Of a DNA stretch of 64,000 nucleotides, positions 28,918 through 37,013 are shown piece by piece. Under the pieces are notes generated by a model. The model did not search any database and was not told the origin of the DNA. It saw only the letters and a list, made by a program, of their open reading frames with translations. Each line of letters starts with the position of its first letter. Within the stretch, counting starts at the first letter, position 1. Made by a program: the position numbers and the translations under genes. Origin of the DNA: Gemmatimonadales bacterium (GTDB taxonomy: Bacteria > Gemmatimonadota > Gemmatimonadetes > Longimicrobiales > Gaopeijiaceae); assembly GCA_007692605.1 (NCBI GenBank), contig REBS01000118.1:45532-109531 (forward strand), in the 5' to 3' direction.

Positions 28918-28957
28918 GCCCCGGGAGACGAATCTCTCCGGGGCCACGCGCCTACGT
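28918..28957 (-). terminator. intrinsic terminator after the small lipoprotein gene
   Basis: GTGGCCCCGG ... CCGGGGCCAC forms a 10-bp stem. AAAAAAA on the + strand gives a U-tract on the minus-strand transcript. Confidence 0.55.
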
Positions 28958-29018
28958 CCTGATCGGGGCGACGGTGATCCGTCGCGGTCAGCCCGACCGG
29001 ATCCAGAAGCTCAGAAGG

Positions 29019-29402
29019 TCAGAAAGTCACTCTTCGGAACACGGCGGGCCCGTCGAGCGAGCTGCCGTTCAGCGCCCCTTCCATCCGATACCGATCGGTG
29101 AAGCGCCCCTCGAAGGTGACGGTACCCACCTGGAAGTTGAGAAGGGTGATCTCCAGATTACCGTTCTGGTTCATCCCGGTGACGCCGCCGGTGAGGCCGC
29201 CCCGTCTCCACGTTCCGGAGATCACGCCGTCAGCCGTCTGGGTCAGGTCCATGCGGGCCCCCGAGAAGGTCTCCTGCATGGCACCCACGCCATCCCAATG
29301 ACCACTGACCGTCACTTCCGCCAAGTCTGTTGCCGAATCGCAGCCCAGAAGGCCCACGATCAGGAAAATCGGTAAGCCGAGCAGCAGAACCGACCGACGC
29401 AT
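29019..29402 (-). CDS. small lipoprotein, unknown function
   Basis: RBS GGAGGG is followed by ATG. Lipobox LIVGLLGCDS is present. 127 aa. Confidence 0.55.
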   Translation of the reverse strand: MRRSVLLLGLPIFLIVGLLGCDSATDLAEVTVSGHWDGVGAMQETFSGARMDLTQTADGVISGTWRRGGLTGGVTGMNQNGNLEITLLNFQVGTVTFEGRFTDRYRMEGALNGSSLDGPAVFRRVTF

Positions 29403-29541
29403 AATCCCTCCATTCCCACATGGTGTCCACGGAGAAGCCAGCCGGGCCGACCCCTCATAACGCACCCTTAACGTAGGGCCAGTCGACCCGAATGTCCACG
29501 GTCGGCCACCGAGGCCCCGGCCGGGCCGGTCCGGCAGCGGG

Positions 29542-29979
29542 TCATCGCCCCTCACCCCGGTCGAGAGTGAGCGCCAGGGCACCGTGGGCGATCGCACCGA
29601 TGATGAAGAAGAATGCCCCCCAGTAGAGCAGCTCTCCAATCGGCCGCTCCCGTCCCTGGCCCGCGAAGGAGACGACCAGGGTGAGGATCACCGCCAGCGC
29701 CATCCCATACCGCATCGCCCGGTACGCCGGCGGACCCTCGAGAGGGGTAAGCGTCAGGGACAGCGGCGCGGCCACTGCGCCCAGCAGCGCCAGGCTCAAC
29801 CGCAGCTCCTCGAGGCCCAGTGGGGTCGCGAGCAGGTAGCCCGCGGCCCCGCCCAGGGCCGCCTCGAGGGCCATTCTCCCCGGGCCCCGCTCCGCGAAAC
29901 TCCAGATCGAGGGAGGGGGCGGAAGTTCCGACGCCTCTCCTCCCCTTTCGACGTCGTCCTTCTCGTTCGGTGCTGTCAC
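29542..29979 (-). CDS. hypothetical integral membrane protein
   Basis: GTG start preceded by GGAGGGAG. Four predicted hydrophobic helices. Confidence 0.5.
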   Translation of the reverse strand: MTAPNEKDDVERGGEASELPPPPSIWSFAERGPGRMALEAALGGAAGYLLATPLGLEELRLSLALLGAVAAPLSLTLTPLEGPPAYRAMRYGMALAVILTLVVSFAGQGRERPIGELLYWGAFFFIIGAIAHGALALTLDRGEGR

Positions 29980-30064
29980 CCGCTCCCTCCTGCATCAGCC
30001 CCCGATCGGGGGGATGTACGGCGATCGCTCGCGATTCCGCTCGAATATCGCCAGCTTTACCCTC

Positions 30065-31270
30065 ATGCCCAAGCCCCCCTTTCAGCTCTTCGTCGTCGTT
30101 CCCCCCGGACTCGAGGCCCTCGCGGCCGCAGAACTACGGGATGCCGGCCAGCCGGTCGAGATCGTGCGGGGGGGACTCTCCTGCACGGCCGGGTGGGAGG
30201 GGTTGATGGCCGCCCACCTCCACTCGCGGATCGCCAGTCGGGTCCTCGTGCGCGTGGCGCGCTTCGGAGCCCGCGCGCTGGGCGAGCTCGAGCGGAAGGC
30301 GGGAGAGGTGGACTGGGCCGCCTGGATCCCGTCGGAGCGCCTCCGCGATCCCTCGGATCCGATCCCGGTCGATGTCAGCTGCGGACGCTCCCGGCTCTAT
30401 CACGAGGGAGCCGTGCGGGAGCGAGTGCTGCGGGCAATCGGACGGGAGCCCTCGGACCCCGCTCCCAGCAACGCCCCCGGGGCCTGGCGCCTTCACGTCC
30501 GCGTCCACCGCGACACCATCACGATCTCCCTCGACGCGACCGGAGACCACCTGCACCGCCGAGGCTACCGCCGCCTCACCGGCTCGGCCCCACTCCGCGA
30601 GACACTGGCCGCCGCGGCCCTCCGGGCATCCGGCTGGCCGTTCGACCGTCCCCTGCTGGACCCCTTCGCCGGATCCGGAACGATCGTGATCGAAGGCGCC
30701 CTGATGGCCCGTCGGATCCCTCCAGCCCTCGCGACGGCCTCCCGCCAACCCCCGGAGTTTCCCTTTCTGGAGTGGGAAGGGGCACCCGCAGCGACCTGGA
30801 CCGACGAGGTCGGGCGCGCCCGTGACCGGATCCTGCCGGGCGCACCGGCCCCGATCCTCGCCTCGGACCGTGACGCCCGCAGCCTCGAGGCTCTGGCCGG
30901 AAATGCCCGGGCGGCCGGGGTCGAAGAGGACCTCTCGGTCGAGCAGGCCTCGATGACCCGGGCCTCGATGACCGGGGGGGATGCCGGCTGGATCGTCACC
31001 AACCCTCCCTACGGCGGGCGACTCGGCGAACGGTCCCAGCTGCGCCCGCTCTATCGTTCTCTCGGCTCGCAATTGGCGGGGCCCTGGAGCGACTGGGCCT
31101 TCTGCGCCTACGTCAGTGACCCCGTCCTCGAGGGAGCCCTCCGTCGGGAGCTCTCGCGAAGGGGGGCCGGCCCGCTCGAGTCGCTCGTCAAGACGCGCAA
31201 CGGTGGCATCCCGGTCACCCTTGTCGGGAGACCCATGCCGCCGCTCCCCGGCCCGCCTGGCGACCCGTAG
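30065..31270 (+). CDS. THUMP-domain class I SAM-dependent RNA (rRNA m2G-type) methyltransferase
   Basis: The N-terminus FQLFVVVPPGLEALAAAELR is THUMP-type. Shows DPFAGSGTIVIEG (SAM motif I) and NPPYGGRLG (motif IV). Confidence 0.8.
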   Translation: MPKPPFQLFVVVPPGLEALAAAELRDAGQPVEIVRGGLSCTAGWEGLMAAHLHSRIASRVLVRVARFGARALGELERKAGEVDWAAWIPSERLRDPSDPIPVDVSCGRSRLYHEGAVRERVLRAIGREPSDPAPSNAPGAWRLHVRVHRDTITISLDATGDHLHRRGYRRLTGSAPLRETLAAAALRASGWPFDRPLLDPFAGSGTIVIEGALMARRIPPALATASRQPPEFPFLEWEGAPAATWTDEVGRARDRILPGAPAPILASDRDARSLEALAGNARAAGVEEDLSVEQASMTRASMTGGDAGWIVTNPPYGGRLGERSQLRPLYRSLGSQLAGPWSDWAFCAYVSDPVLEGALRRELSRRGAGPLESLVKTRNGGIPVTLVGRPMPPLPGPPGDP

Positions 31271-32489
31271 CCCAGGCCCACGCAAAGTTGTAGCCTCCGA
31301 TCGGGCCGAAGGCGTCGAGGATCTCTCCGGCCAGGAAGAGTCCGGGCTGGACCCGACTCTCGAGCGACCGCGGGTCGACCTGGGCCAGCGAGACCCCGCC
31401 CCCGGTCACCTCCGCCTTCCGGTAGCCCTCGTCCCCGGTCCAAGGGAGGGGATACGCGCCGAGCACCCCGGCGAGCGCCGCGCGGGCCTCCTTGCGAAGC
31501 CGGGCCAGGGGGATCGAGCCATCGACCCCCGCCTCCCTCACCAGCCGATCGGCCAATCGCTGGGGGAGGGCCCTGCGCAGGAGCGAGCTCACCGGGATCG
31601 AGGCCCCCTCGGCCTGACCGGCGTCGGCCAGCCGGGTGTCCCAGGCCGCCCGATCCTCGTGCGTCCACTGCACATGGAGCGCTTCCCGACGCCCCTGATG
31701 GGCACTCCGAACCGCCAGGTGCGAGAGGTCCAGCACCGCGGGACCGGAGTAGCCCCGGTGCGTGAAGAGGAAGCCGCCGCGCGCTTCGGGGGCCCCTCGG
31801 ACCCCGGGGGCCACGAGAGTCACCTCGAGGGACACCCCCGCCAGCTCGGCGTGCGGCGCATCGGAGCTCACGAGTGGAGTCAGCGCCGGATAGAGCTCGT
31901 GCACGGTATGACCGAGGGCCTCGACCAGGCGCAGGCCGGTCCCGTCGCTCCCCGTGGCGGGAACCGAAAGCCCTCCGGTTGTGAGGATCACGGTGCGGGC
32001 CCGAACGGGTCCTCCGGGAGTCGTATCGAGGATCCAGTGGTCGGTGTCGGGATCCCGGACGAGCCCCTCGACCGACCGTTCGAAGTGGAATTCCGCCCCC
32101 AGGGCCCTCGCACGCGCCACCAGCGCATCGCGCACCTCCCGGGCTCGCTCCGAGACCGGAAAGAGCTTCCCGGTCTCGGCTTCGAGCGCCAGGGGGATCC
32201 CGAGCGGCCCCTCGAAATAGCTCCGTTGCTCCTCGAGGGGCCACGACAGCAGAAGCTTTCGCAGGCTGTGGGGAGACGATTCGGTCATGTACTGTCCGGG
32301 GCTCAGCTGTGAGGGCAGGACATTGCAGCGCCCCCCGCCGCTGATCAGGATCTTTCTTCCGCCGTCACGGCTGCGCTCCACCACCAGGGCATTTCGCGCA
32401 CCCTCCTCCCCGGCGGCGATCGCGGCCATGAGGCCCGCCGCCCCGGCGCCCACGATCACCAGATCCCTCACCTTGTCAGCCCCGGTCAT
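31215..32489 (-). CDS. HI0933/BaiN-like NAD(P)/FAD-dependent oxidoreductase
   Basis: Shows VIVGAGAAGLMAA, ISGGGRCNV and the C-terminal GGYNFAWAW, all typical of the HI0933 family. Confidence 0.8.
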   Translation of the reverse strand: MTGADKVRDLVIVGAGAAGLMAAIAAGEEGARNALVVERSRDGGRKILISGGGRCNVLPSQLSPGQYMTESSPHSLRKLLLSWPLEEQRSYFEGPLGIPLALEAETGKLFPVSERAREVRDALVARARALGAEFHFERSVEGLVRDPDTDHWILDTTPGGPVRARTVILTTGGLSVPATGSDGTGLRLVEALGHTVHELYPALTPLVSSDAPHAELAGVSLEVTLVAPGVRGAPEARGGFLFTHRGYSGPAVLDLSHLAVRSAHQGRREALHVQWTHEDRAAWDTRLADAGQAEGASIPVSSLLRRALPQRLADRLVREAGVDGSIPLARLRKEARAALAGVLGAYPLPWTGDEGYRKAEVTGGGVSLAQVDPRSLESRVQPGLFLAGEILDAFGPIGGYNFAWAWATGRQAGRGAAAWVSRQG

Positions 32490-34179
32490 CGGCCACCACC
32501 TCCTCGCTCCTGGATGTCCGGGTCAGGCGAATCGACCAGCGCTCCCGGAGCTCCTCGGCCAGCTCGTCGGACAGATCGACAGCGCGCGGGGCACCGAGCA
32601 CCCCCACCGGTCGGGCAATGTGCAGTTCGAGGGTGGCGAGGTCACGGCGGCGCTGGAAGGGGTTCGAGACCGTCCGCAGCTCCTGGGTGGCCGACAGGGG
32701 AAGGAGAACCCATCGACGGGTCAGCGCGCCTTCCCGCACGACGACATGACTCCCCAGATCGGCCCAGCCCAGTCCCGTCCACGCCAGGTGAGCGAGGATC
32801 AACGAGGGCACAAGGGCCACCACCGCGAACACCGGACCCACCACCTCGGGCGACCAGGTCTCCACCCGGGTGGCCACGACCGCTCCACCCACGCCGAGCA
32901 GGAGGGACAGGACCACCGCCCTCAGGCGGCGGCGGCGGCGTGCCTGATCGGGCATCCAGGTCATCTCGGGGACTCCGACCCCCTCGAGCCCGACCACCAT
33001 TCCCGCGAGCTCGAAGGCGCGGCGGCGGGTGCCGATGGGGAGGATCAGGTCCGCCCCCGCACTCTGCGAGCTGCCCGCCCGCCCCGCCACGACGACTTTG
33101 ACCGACGCCAGCCCGAAGATCCGCCGGATCCAGTTCTCTTCGATCCGTACCGCCTGAATCCGTCGAAACGGGACGGTGTCCCGATGCTCGGTGAGGAGCC
33201 CGCGGGTTACCTGGAGCGCGGTAGGCGTTCGGGTCAGCGTGAAGCGCCAGTGAACCAGCAGGGTGGCGATCAGGGACGTCAGAAACCCGACCAGAAAGGC
33301 CATCCCGACCAGGAAGAGCAGGAGCCGGAGACCCGCCACACTCATCGGATCCGGGATCTGCTCCAGTCCGGGAAGCAGGATCCTCGCGACCCACTCGGCC
33401 GGTGCCACCTGACTGATCAACCCCAGGATCGCGGCTCCGACCCCGACCCGACCTCCGGTCACACCCGCCAGGAGCAGGTTGCGGGCAGAGATCCGCTCCA
33501 GTTCGAGCGAGCTCTCGGCTTCGCCGTGTCCGTCCGGTGCAGAGCGTTCGGCAGCATTCGGGAAGGGGGTGACCTCGGCGCCCGCCCGGCCGGAGGTCCG
33601 GGTCCGGGCCCCCAGGAGCTCGCGCCTCAATCGATCCGCCAACCAGGGCTCCACCGCGGGCAGCGCACCCTCGGTGTCACCGGCCCCGATCGCCTCGACC
33701 CTCACTTCGGTCACCCCCAGGAGGCGATGGACCAGGGTTCGCTCCAGGTCCACGGTCTGGATCCGATCGCGGGGGATCACCCGCCGCTGCCGCATCAGGA
33801 GCCCCCGCTCGATGATCAGCGAGCTCTCGTCGAGACGCCAGGTGAACCGGAGCCAGGTGAGCACATGCCCCACCTGAAAGGCGAGCACCAGCACGACGAT
33901 CAGGCGTACCGACATCGTACCCACCAGGACCACCAGTGCGAGCGGGATGAGCCCGATCAGCGACTGCGCGACCCAGATTCCGATGGCCGAGGAGGGCAGC
34001 CGGGTGGCGATGCCGCGCAGAGCGGGATGATCCTCGGCTTCCGGGGTCCCCGTCCGCTCGACCTCCCGCTCCTCGAGGCCCGACTCCCCCGAATCGGGCC
34101 GCGCCGTGATCGGCCCCCGCACCTCGGGCTGGGTGTCGGATTCGGCATCGGACTCGGCACCGAACTCAGACGGGGTCAT
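32476..34179 (-). CDS. YdbT-like membrane protein with three bacterial PH (bPH_2) domains
   Basis: Repeated blocks of TM hairpin plus the pattern RxRVIPxxRIQxVDLERTLxxRLLG. It overlaps both neighbours by 14 nt. Confidence 0.75.
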   Translation of the reverse strand: MTPSEFGAESDAESDTQPEVRGPITARPDSGESGLEEREVERTGTPEAEDHPALRGIATRLPSSAIGIWVAQSLIGLIPLALVVLVGTMSVRLIVVLVLAFQVGHVLTWLRFTWRLDESSLIIERGLLMRQRRVIPRDRIQTVDLERTLVHRLLGVTEVRVEAIGAGDTEGALPAVEPWLADRLRRELLGARTRTSGRAGAEVTPFPNAAERSAPDGHGEAESSLELERISARNLLLAGVTGGRVGVGAAILGLISQVAPAEWVARILLPGLEQIPDPMSVAGLRLLLFLVGMAFLVGFLTSLIATLLVHWRFTLTRTPTALQVTRGLLTEHRDTVPFRRIQAVRIEENWIRRIFGLASVKVVVAGRAGSSQSAGADLILPIGTRRRAFELAGMVVGLEGVGVPEMTWMPDQARRRRRLRAVVLSLLLGVGGAVVATRVETWSPEVVGPVFAVVALVPSLILAHLAWTGLGWADLGSHVVVREGALTRRWVLLPLSATQELRTVSNPFQRRRDLATLELHIARPVGVLGAPRAVDLSDELAEELRERWSIRLTRTSRSEEVVADDRG

Positions 34180-34696
34180 CGGTCTCCCCCGCGAGGGCGG
34201 CGAGGCGCTCGCGGATGGTCTCGGCTTCGGCCCGGTCGAGCCCGGGGACCAGCCCCGAGGTTCCCGGCGCCGCGGTATGCACCACCAGCTGGGCCAGGTC
34301 GAAGAGGTTCTCGAGAGGCCCCTGCCGCGTGTCGACGAACTGAAGCCGTCGGTATGGGATCACACTCACCGAACGCCAGAGCAGGCCCTGCCGGATCCAG
34401 AGGTCATCGGGACGAAGCGCGTATCGCCAACGCCGAAAGCGCAGGGGGGGCACGATGATCGCCCACACCACCACGGCCACCACGAAGGGTCCGGGGCCCA
34501 CCGGAAGGAGCCAGCTCAACGCATTGATGTTGGGAACGAAGAGGAGAAAGGCCATGAAGATCGCCGTCGAGAAGAGCACGGCTCTCGCGGATGCCGTGAT
34601 CCACCACAGCGTCAGCACGCGCGCTTCGAGCTCTCTGGGCTCGGCGCTCTCCGGCCGGGATGGCGGCGGGGCTTCGATTTCGTCGGGTATGGACAT
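34166..34696 (-). CDS. YdbS-like membrane protein with a single bacterial PH domain
   Basis: A TM hairpin followed by WRYALRPDDLWIRQGLLWRSVSVIPYRRLQFVDTRQGPLENLFDLAQLVVHTA. Confidence 0.7.
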   Translation of the reverse strand: MSIPDEIEAPPPSRPESAEPRELEARVLTLWWITASARAVLFSTAIFMAFLLFVPNINALSWLLPVGPGPFVVAVVVWAIIVPPLRFRRWRYALRPDDLWIRQGLLWRSVSVIPYRRLQFVDTRQGPLENLFDLAQLVVHTAAPGTSGLVPGLDRAEAETIRERLAALAGETDDPV

Positions 34697-34895
34697 CGGT
34701 GTGGGCTCGGCTCCGGACGGTACACAAGCTGAAAAGGTACACGCCCCGGGGGGGCTCCCGGCAGTCCCCCCGGAACGATCGGGACTTTTCCGAGCCTCAC
34801 GAGTACCCGGTACAGGGAAGGGTGTCCCGAGATTCGATCATGCATCGGGCCGACCTCCCGACATCGCACACGTTTCCCAAGCAAGGAGGCATCTG

Positions 34896-35411
34896 ATTTC
34901 CGACCCACGCGTAAACGAACAGATCCGGATCAGCCCCGTCCGTCTCATCGACGCCGATGGAGAGCAGGTGGGCATCGTATCGCTGGACAAGGCCCGGGAG
35001 ATGGCCGATCAGGCCGAGCTCGACCTCGTCGAGGTCGCGGATCGCGCCCGTCCGCCCGTCGTCAAGATCATGGACTGGGGCCGCTATCGGTACGAGCAGC
35101 AGAAGAAGGCCAAGGAAGCCCGCAAGAACCAGCAGACCCAGGAGACCAAAGAGATCCAGCTGCGTCCGAGAACCGACGATCACGATTTTCAGACGAAGTT
35201 GAGACGCGCCCGTGGGTTCCTCGAGGAGGGCAACGCCGTTCGGGTCGTCCTCCGCTTCCGTGGCCGTGAACTGCGTCGACCCGAAGTCGGTGTCGAGACC
35301 CTCGAACGAATGCTCGAGTCGACCAAGGACATCGCCCAGGTCGAGCAGCTCTCGAAACGAATCGAGGGCCGCAGGCTCGTGGCCAGGCTGGAGCCGCTGA
35401 ACTCCGGTTGA
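34896..35411 (+). CDS. infC: translation initiation factor IF-3, with an AUU start codon
   Basis: AAGGAGG at 34883-34889 lies 6 nt before an in-frame ATT. Translation ISDPRVNEQIRISPVRLIDADGEQVG...PPVVKIMDWGRYRYEQQKK... is a full-length IF-3. No ATG or GTG is correctly placed. Confidence 0.85.
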   Translation: MSDPRVNEQIRISPVRLIDADGEQVGIVSLDKAREMADQAELDLVEVADRARPPVVKIMDWGRYRYEQQKKAKEARKNQQTQETKEIQLRPRTDDHDFQTKLRRARGFLEEGNAVRVVLRFRGRELRRPEVGVETLERMLESTKDIAQVEQLSKRIEGRRLVARLEPLNSG

Positions 35412-36334
35412 GTCCCCCGTCCCGCGACTCGCCGCAATGGCTGCGAGTCACGCTACCTCCGCCCCCGGCCGGTGAAGGGTTTCTCCTCGTAGACGCCCTT
35501 CATCGGTTGGGGGCGAGGCACATCACGCGCCGCGAGGATCGGATCGTGGCCCTTCTCGCGTGCCACGACCCCGACCCGCGTGAGCTCGTGGCCGACCTGC
35601 GGGCGGCCGTGCGAGCCTCGACGTCTCTGGGCGTCGAGTCGATCGAGTGGTCGCAGATCTCCGAATCCGAGATCGACGAGGCCTGGCAACGCGACGTGCG
35701 CCCCTTCCAGGCCTCCCCCAGGCTGCGGGTCGTCCCCTCGAACTCGGTCGGTCCTCGGGACCCCTCGGTCCTGAGGCTGTCGCCAAGCCTCGCCTTCGGG
35801 ACCCCGTCCCATCCGACCACGAGAAGCTGCCTGGAGCTGCTGGACTCCTGCGTCCAACCCGGCGAGCGCCTCGTCGATGTCGGCACCGGCTCCGGGATCC
35901 TGGCGATCGCAGCCGCTCTGCTGGGTGCCGCCCACATCGAGGCGTACGAGGCGGACCGCTCGGCCTGTCGCGCCGCGATCAGGAACCGGGCGCTGAACCA
36001 CGTCGAATCACGGGTCGAGGTGATCGAGGCCCGGGTGACCCCCGAGAGCCTCCGGAAGCTCTCGGACTCCGACCGGATCGATGGGGTGAGCGCGAATCTC
36101 GAGCCCGCCGCACTCCTGCCTCTGATCGGGTCGCTCGCGCGCCTCCCCCGCCCGGGGGGCTGGATCCTCCTCTCCGGCGTCCCCCGCGCGGAGCTTCCGA
36201 CGCTGCGGGAATCTCTCGGCTCCGAACTCCTCGACCCCGTCACCGAACGCGTGGTCGACGGCTGGTGGACCGGCCTCTGGGTCAGCCGTCCTCGTAGCCC
36301 CAGGGAGCCGGAGGCGGATCGACCGGGTCACTGA
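35408..36334 (+). CDS. prmA: ribosomal protein L11 methyltransferase
   Basis: The TTG start overlaps the infC stop (TTGA). Shows AFGTPSHPTTRSCLELL and VDVGTGSGILAIAAA. Confidence 0.8.
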   Translation: MSPPSRDSPQWLRVTLPPPPAGEGFLLVDALHRLGARHITRREDRIVALLACHDPDPRELVADLRAAVRASTSLGVESIEWSQISESEIDEAWQRDVRPFQASPRLRVVPSNSVGPRDPSVLRLSPSLAFGTPSHPTTRSCLELLDSCVQPGERLVDVGTGSGILAIAAALLGAAHIEAYEADRSACRAAIRNRALNHVESRVEVIEARVTPESLRKLSDSDRIDGVSANLEPAALLPLIGSLARLPRPGGWILLSGVPRAELPTLRESLGSELLDPVTERVVDGWWTGLWVSRPRSPREPEADRPGH

Positions 36335-36956
36335 GGTCGAACTCGACCCGGATCGAATGTCCGAACCTGGGCCAGTGCACGCCGTACTGCAGAGTCTCGT
36401 CGTCGATGAAGTCGAAGAACCAGAAGTTGTCGGCCCGGTCCGGAAGGATCGAGGCCGTGTGGTCGTCGGCCGGGAAGATCTGACGCGTCGGCAGCCCCGG
36501 ACGTGGGGCGTCTCCCCCGTACTGGCTGATCTCCTCTTCCGTGCCATCCGGGTTCCGGTGGTCGTGCTTCAGCCGGATCGTCCCGTCCACCCGGGTCAGG
36601 ATCCAGTTCCGAGAGCGGTTGTCGTCGATGTGGAAGGGGATGTGGATCCGATCCTCTTCGCAGGTCATCACATGCATCACCATCTCGCTTCCCACCACCC
36701 CATCCTCGTAGTGCGGAGTGACATCGGACACCGTGCCGGGATAGGCCCGCCCGCAATGGGCCTCGAAGCGGGCCCAGAAGGCCTCCTGTTCCGGGGCCAG
36801 CTCCGCATCTTCACGCAGCTCCTCGACCGCTTCGGCCGCGGCCTCGACACCCGGATCGGGCGGGGCGACCTGGCCTGCATCGGGATCGACCCCCTCGCCG
36901 CAACCGGCGATCACCAGGAGTCCGATCAGGACGGTCATTGCTTGTCGAGTTCTCAT
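36282..36956 (-). CDS. lipoprotein, unknown function
   Basis: GAGGAG lies 6-7 nt before the ATG at 36956 (a GTG at 36959 is also possible). Lipobox LVIAGCGE is present. Confidence 0.6.
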   Translation of the reverse strand: MRTRQAMTVLIGLLVIAGCGEGVDPDAGQVAPPDPGVEAAAEAVEELREDAELAPEQEAFWARFEAHCGRAYPGTVSDVTPHYEDGVVGSEMVMHVMTCEEDRIHIPFHIDDNRSRNWILTRVDGTIRLKHDHRNPDGTEEEISQYGGDAPRPGLPTRQIFPADDHTASILPDRADNFWFFDFIDDETLQYGVHWPRFGHSIRVEFDLSDPVDPPPAPWGYEDG

Positions 36957-37013
36957 CACGCGCTCCTCACTTTCCTGGACTGAATGGATGGAAGCCCCGG
37001 CGGGCCGGGCGGG

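Noticed and set aside
29424-29501. The 9-mer TGTCCACGG is repeated at 29424 and 29493, between the small lipoprotein and the membrane-protein genes.
   Set aside because: A single 9-nt coincidence in a 140-nt spacer is only marginally unexpected. No dyad symmetry or third copy was seen.
30021-30028. HIP1-like octamer GCGATCGC. It recurs at least eight times in the window (for example near 1032, 16931, 25846, 29594, 35901, 43010 and 62792). A CCCCCGATCGGGGG palindrome lies at 29999-30012.
   Set aside because: Most copies lie inside genes, where GCG-ATC-GCx simply encodes Ala-Ile-Ala in a GC-rich codon regime. The excess over composition looks modest, and I cannot compute significance here.
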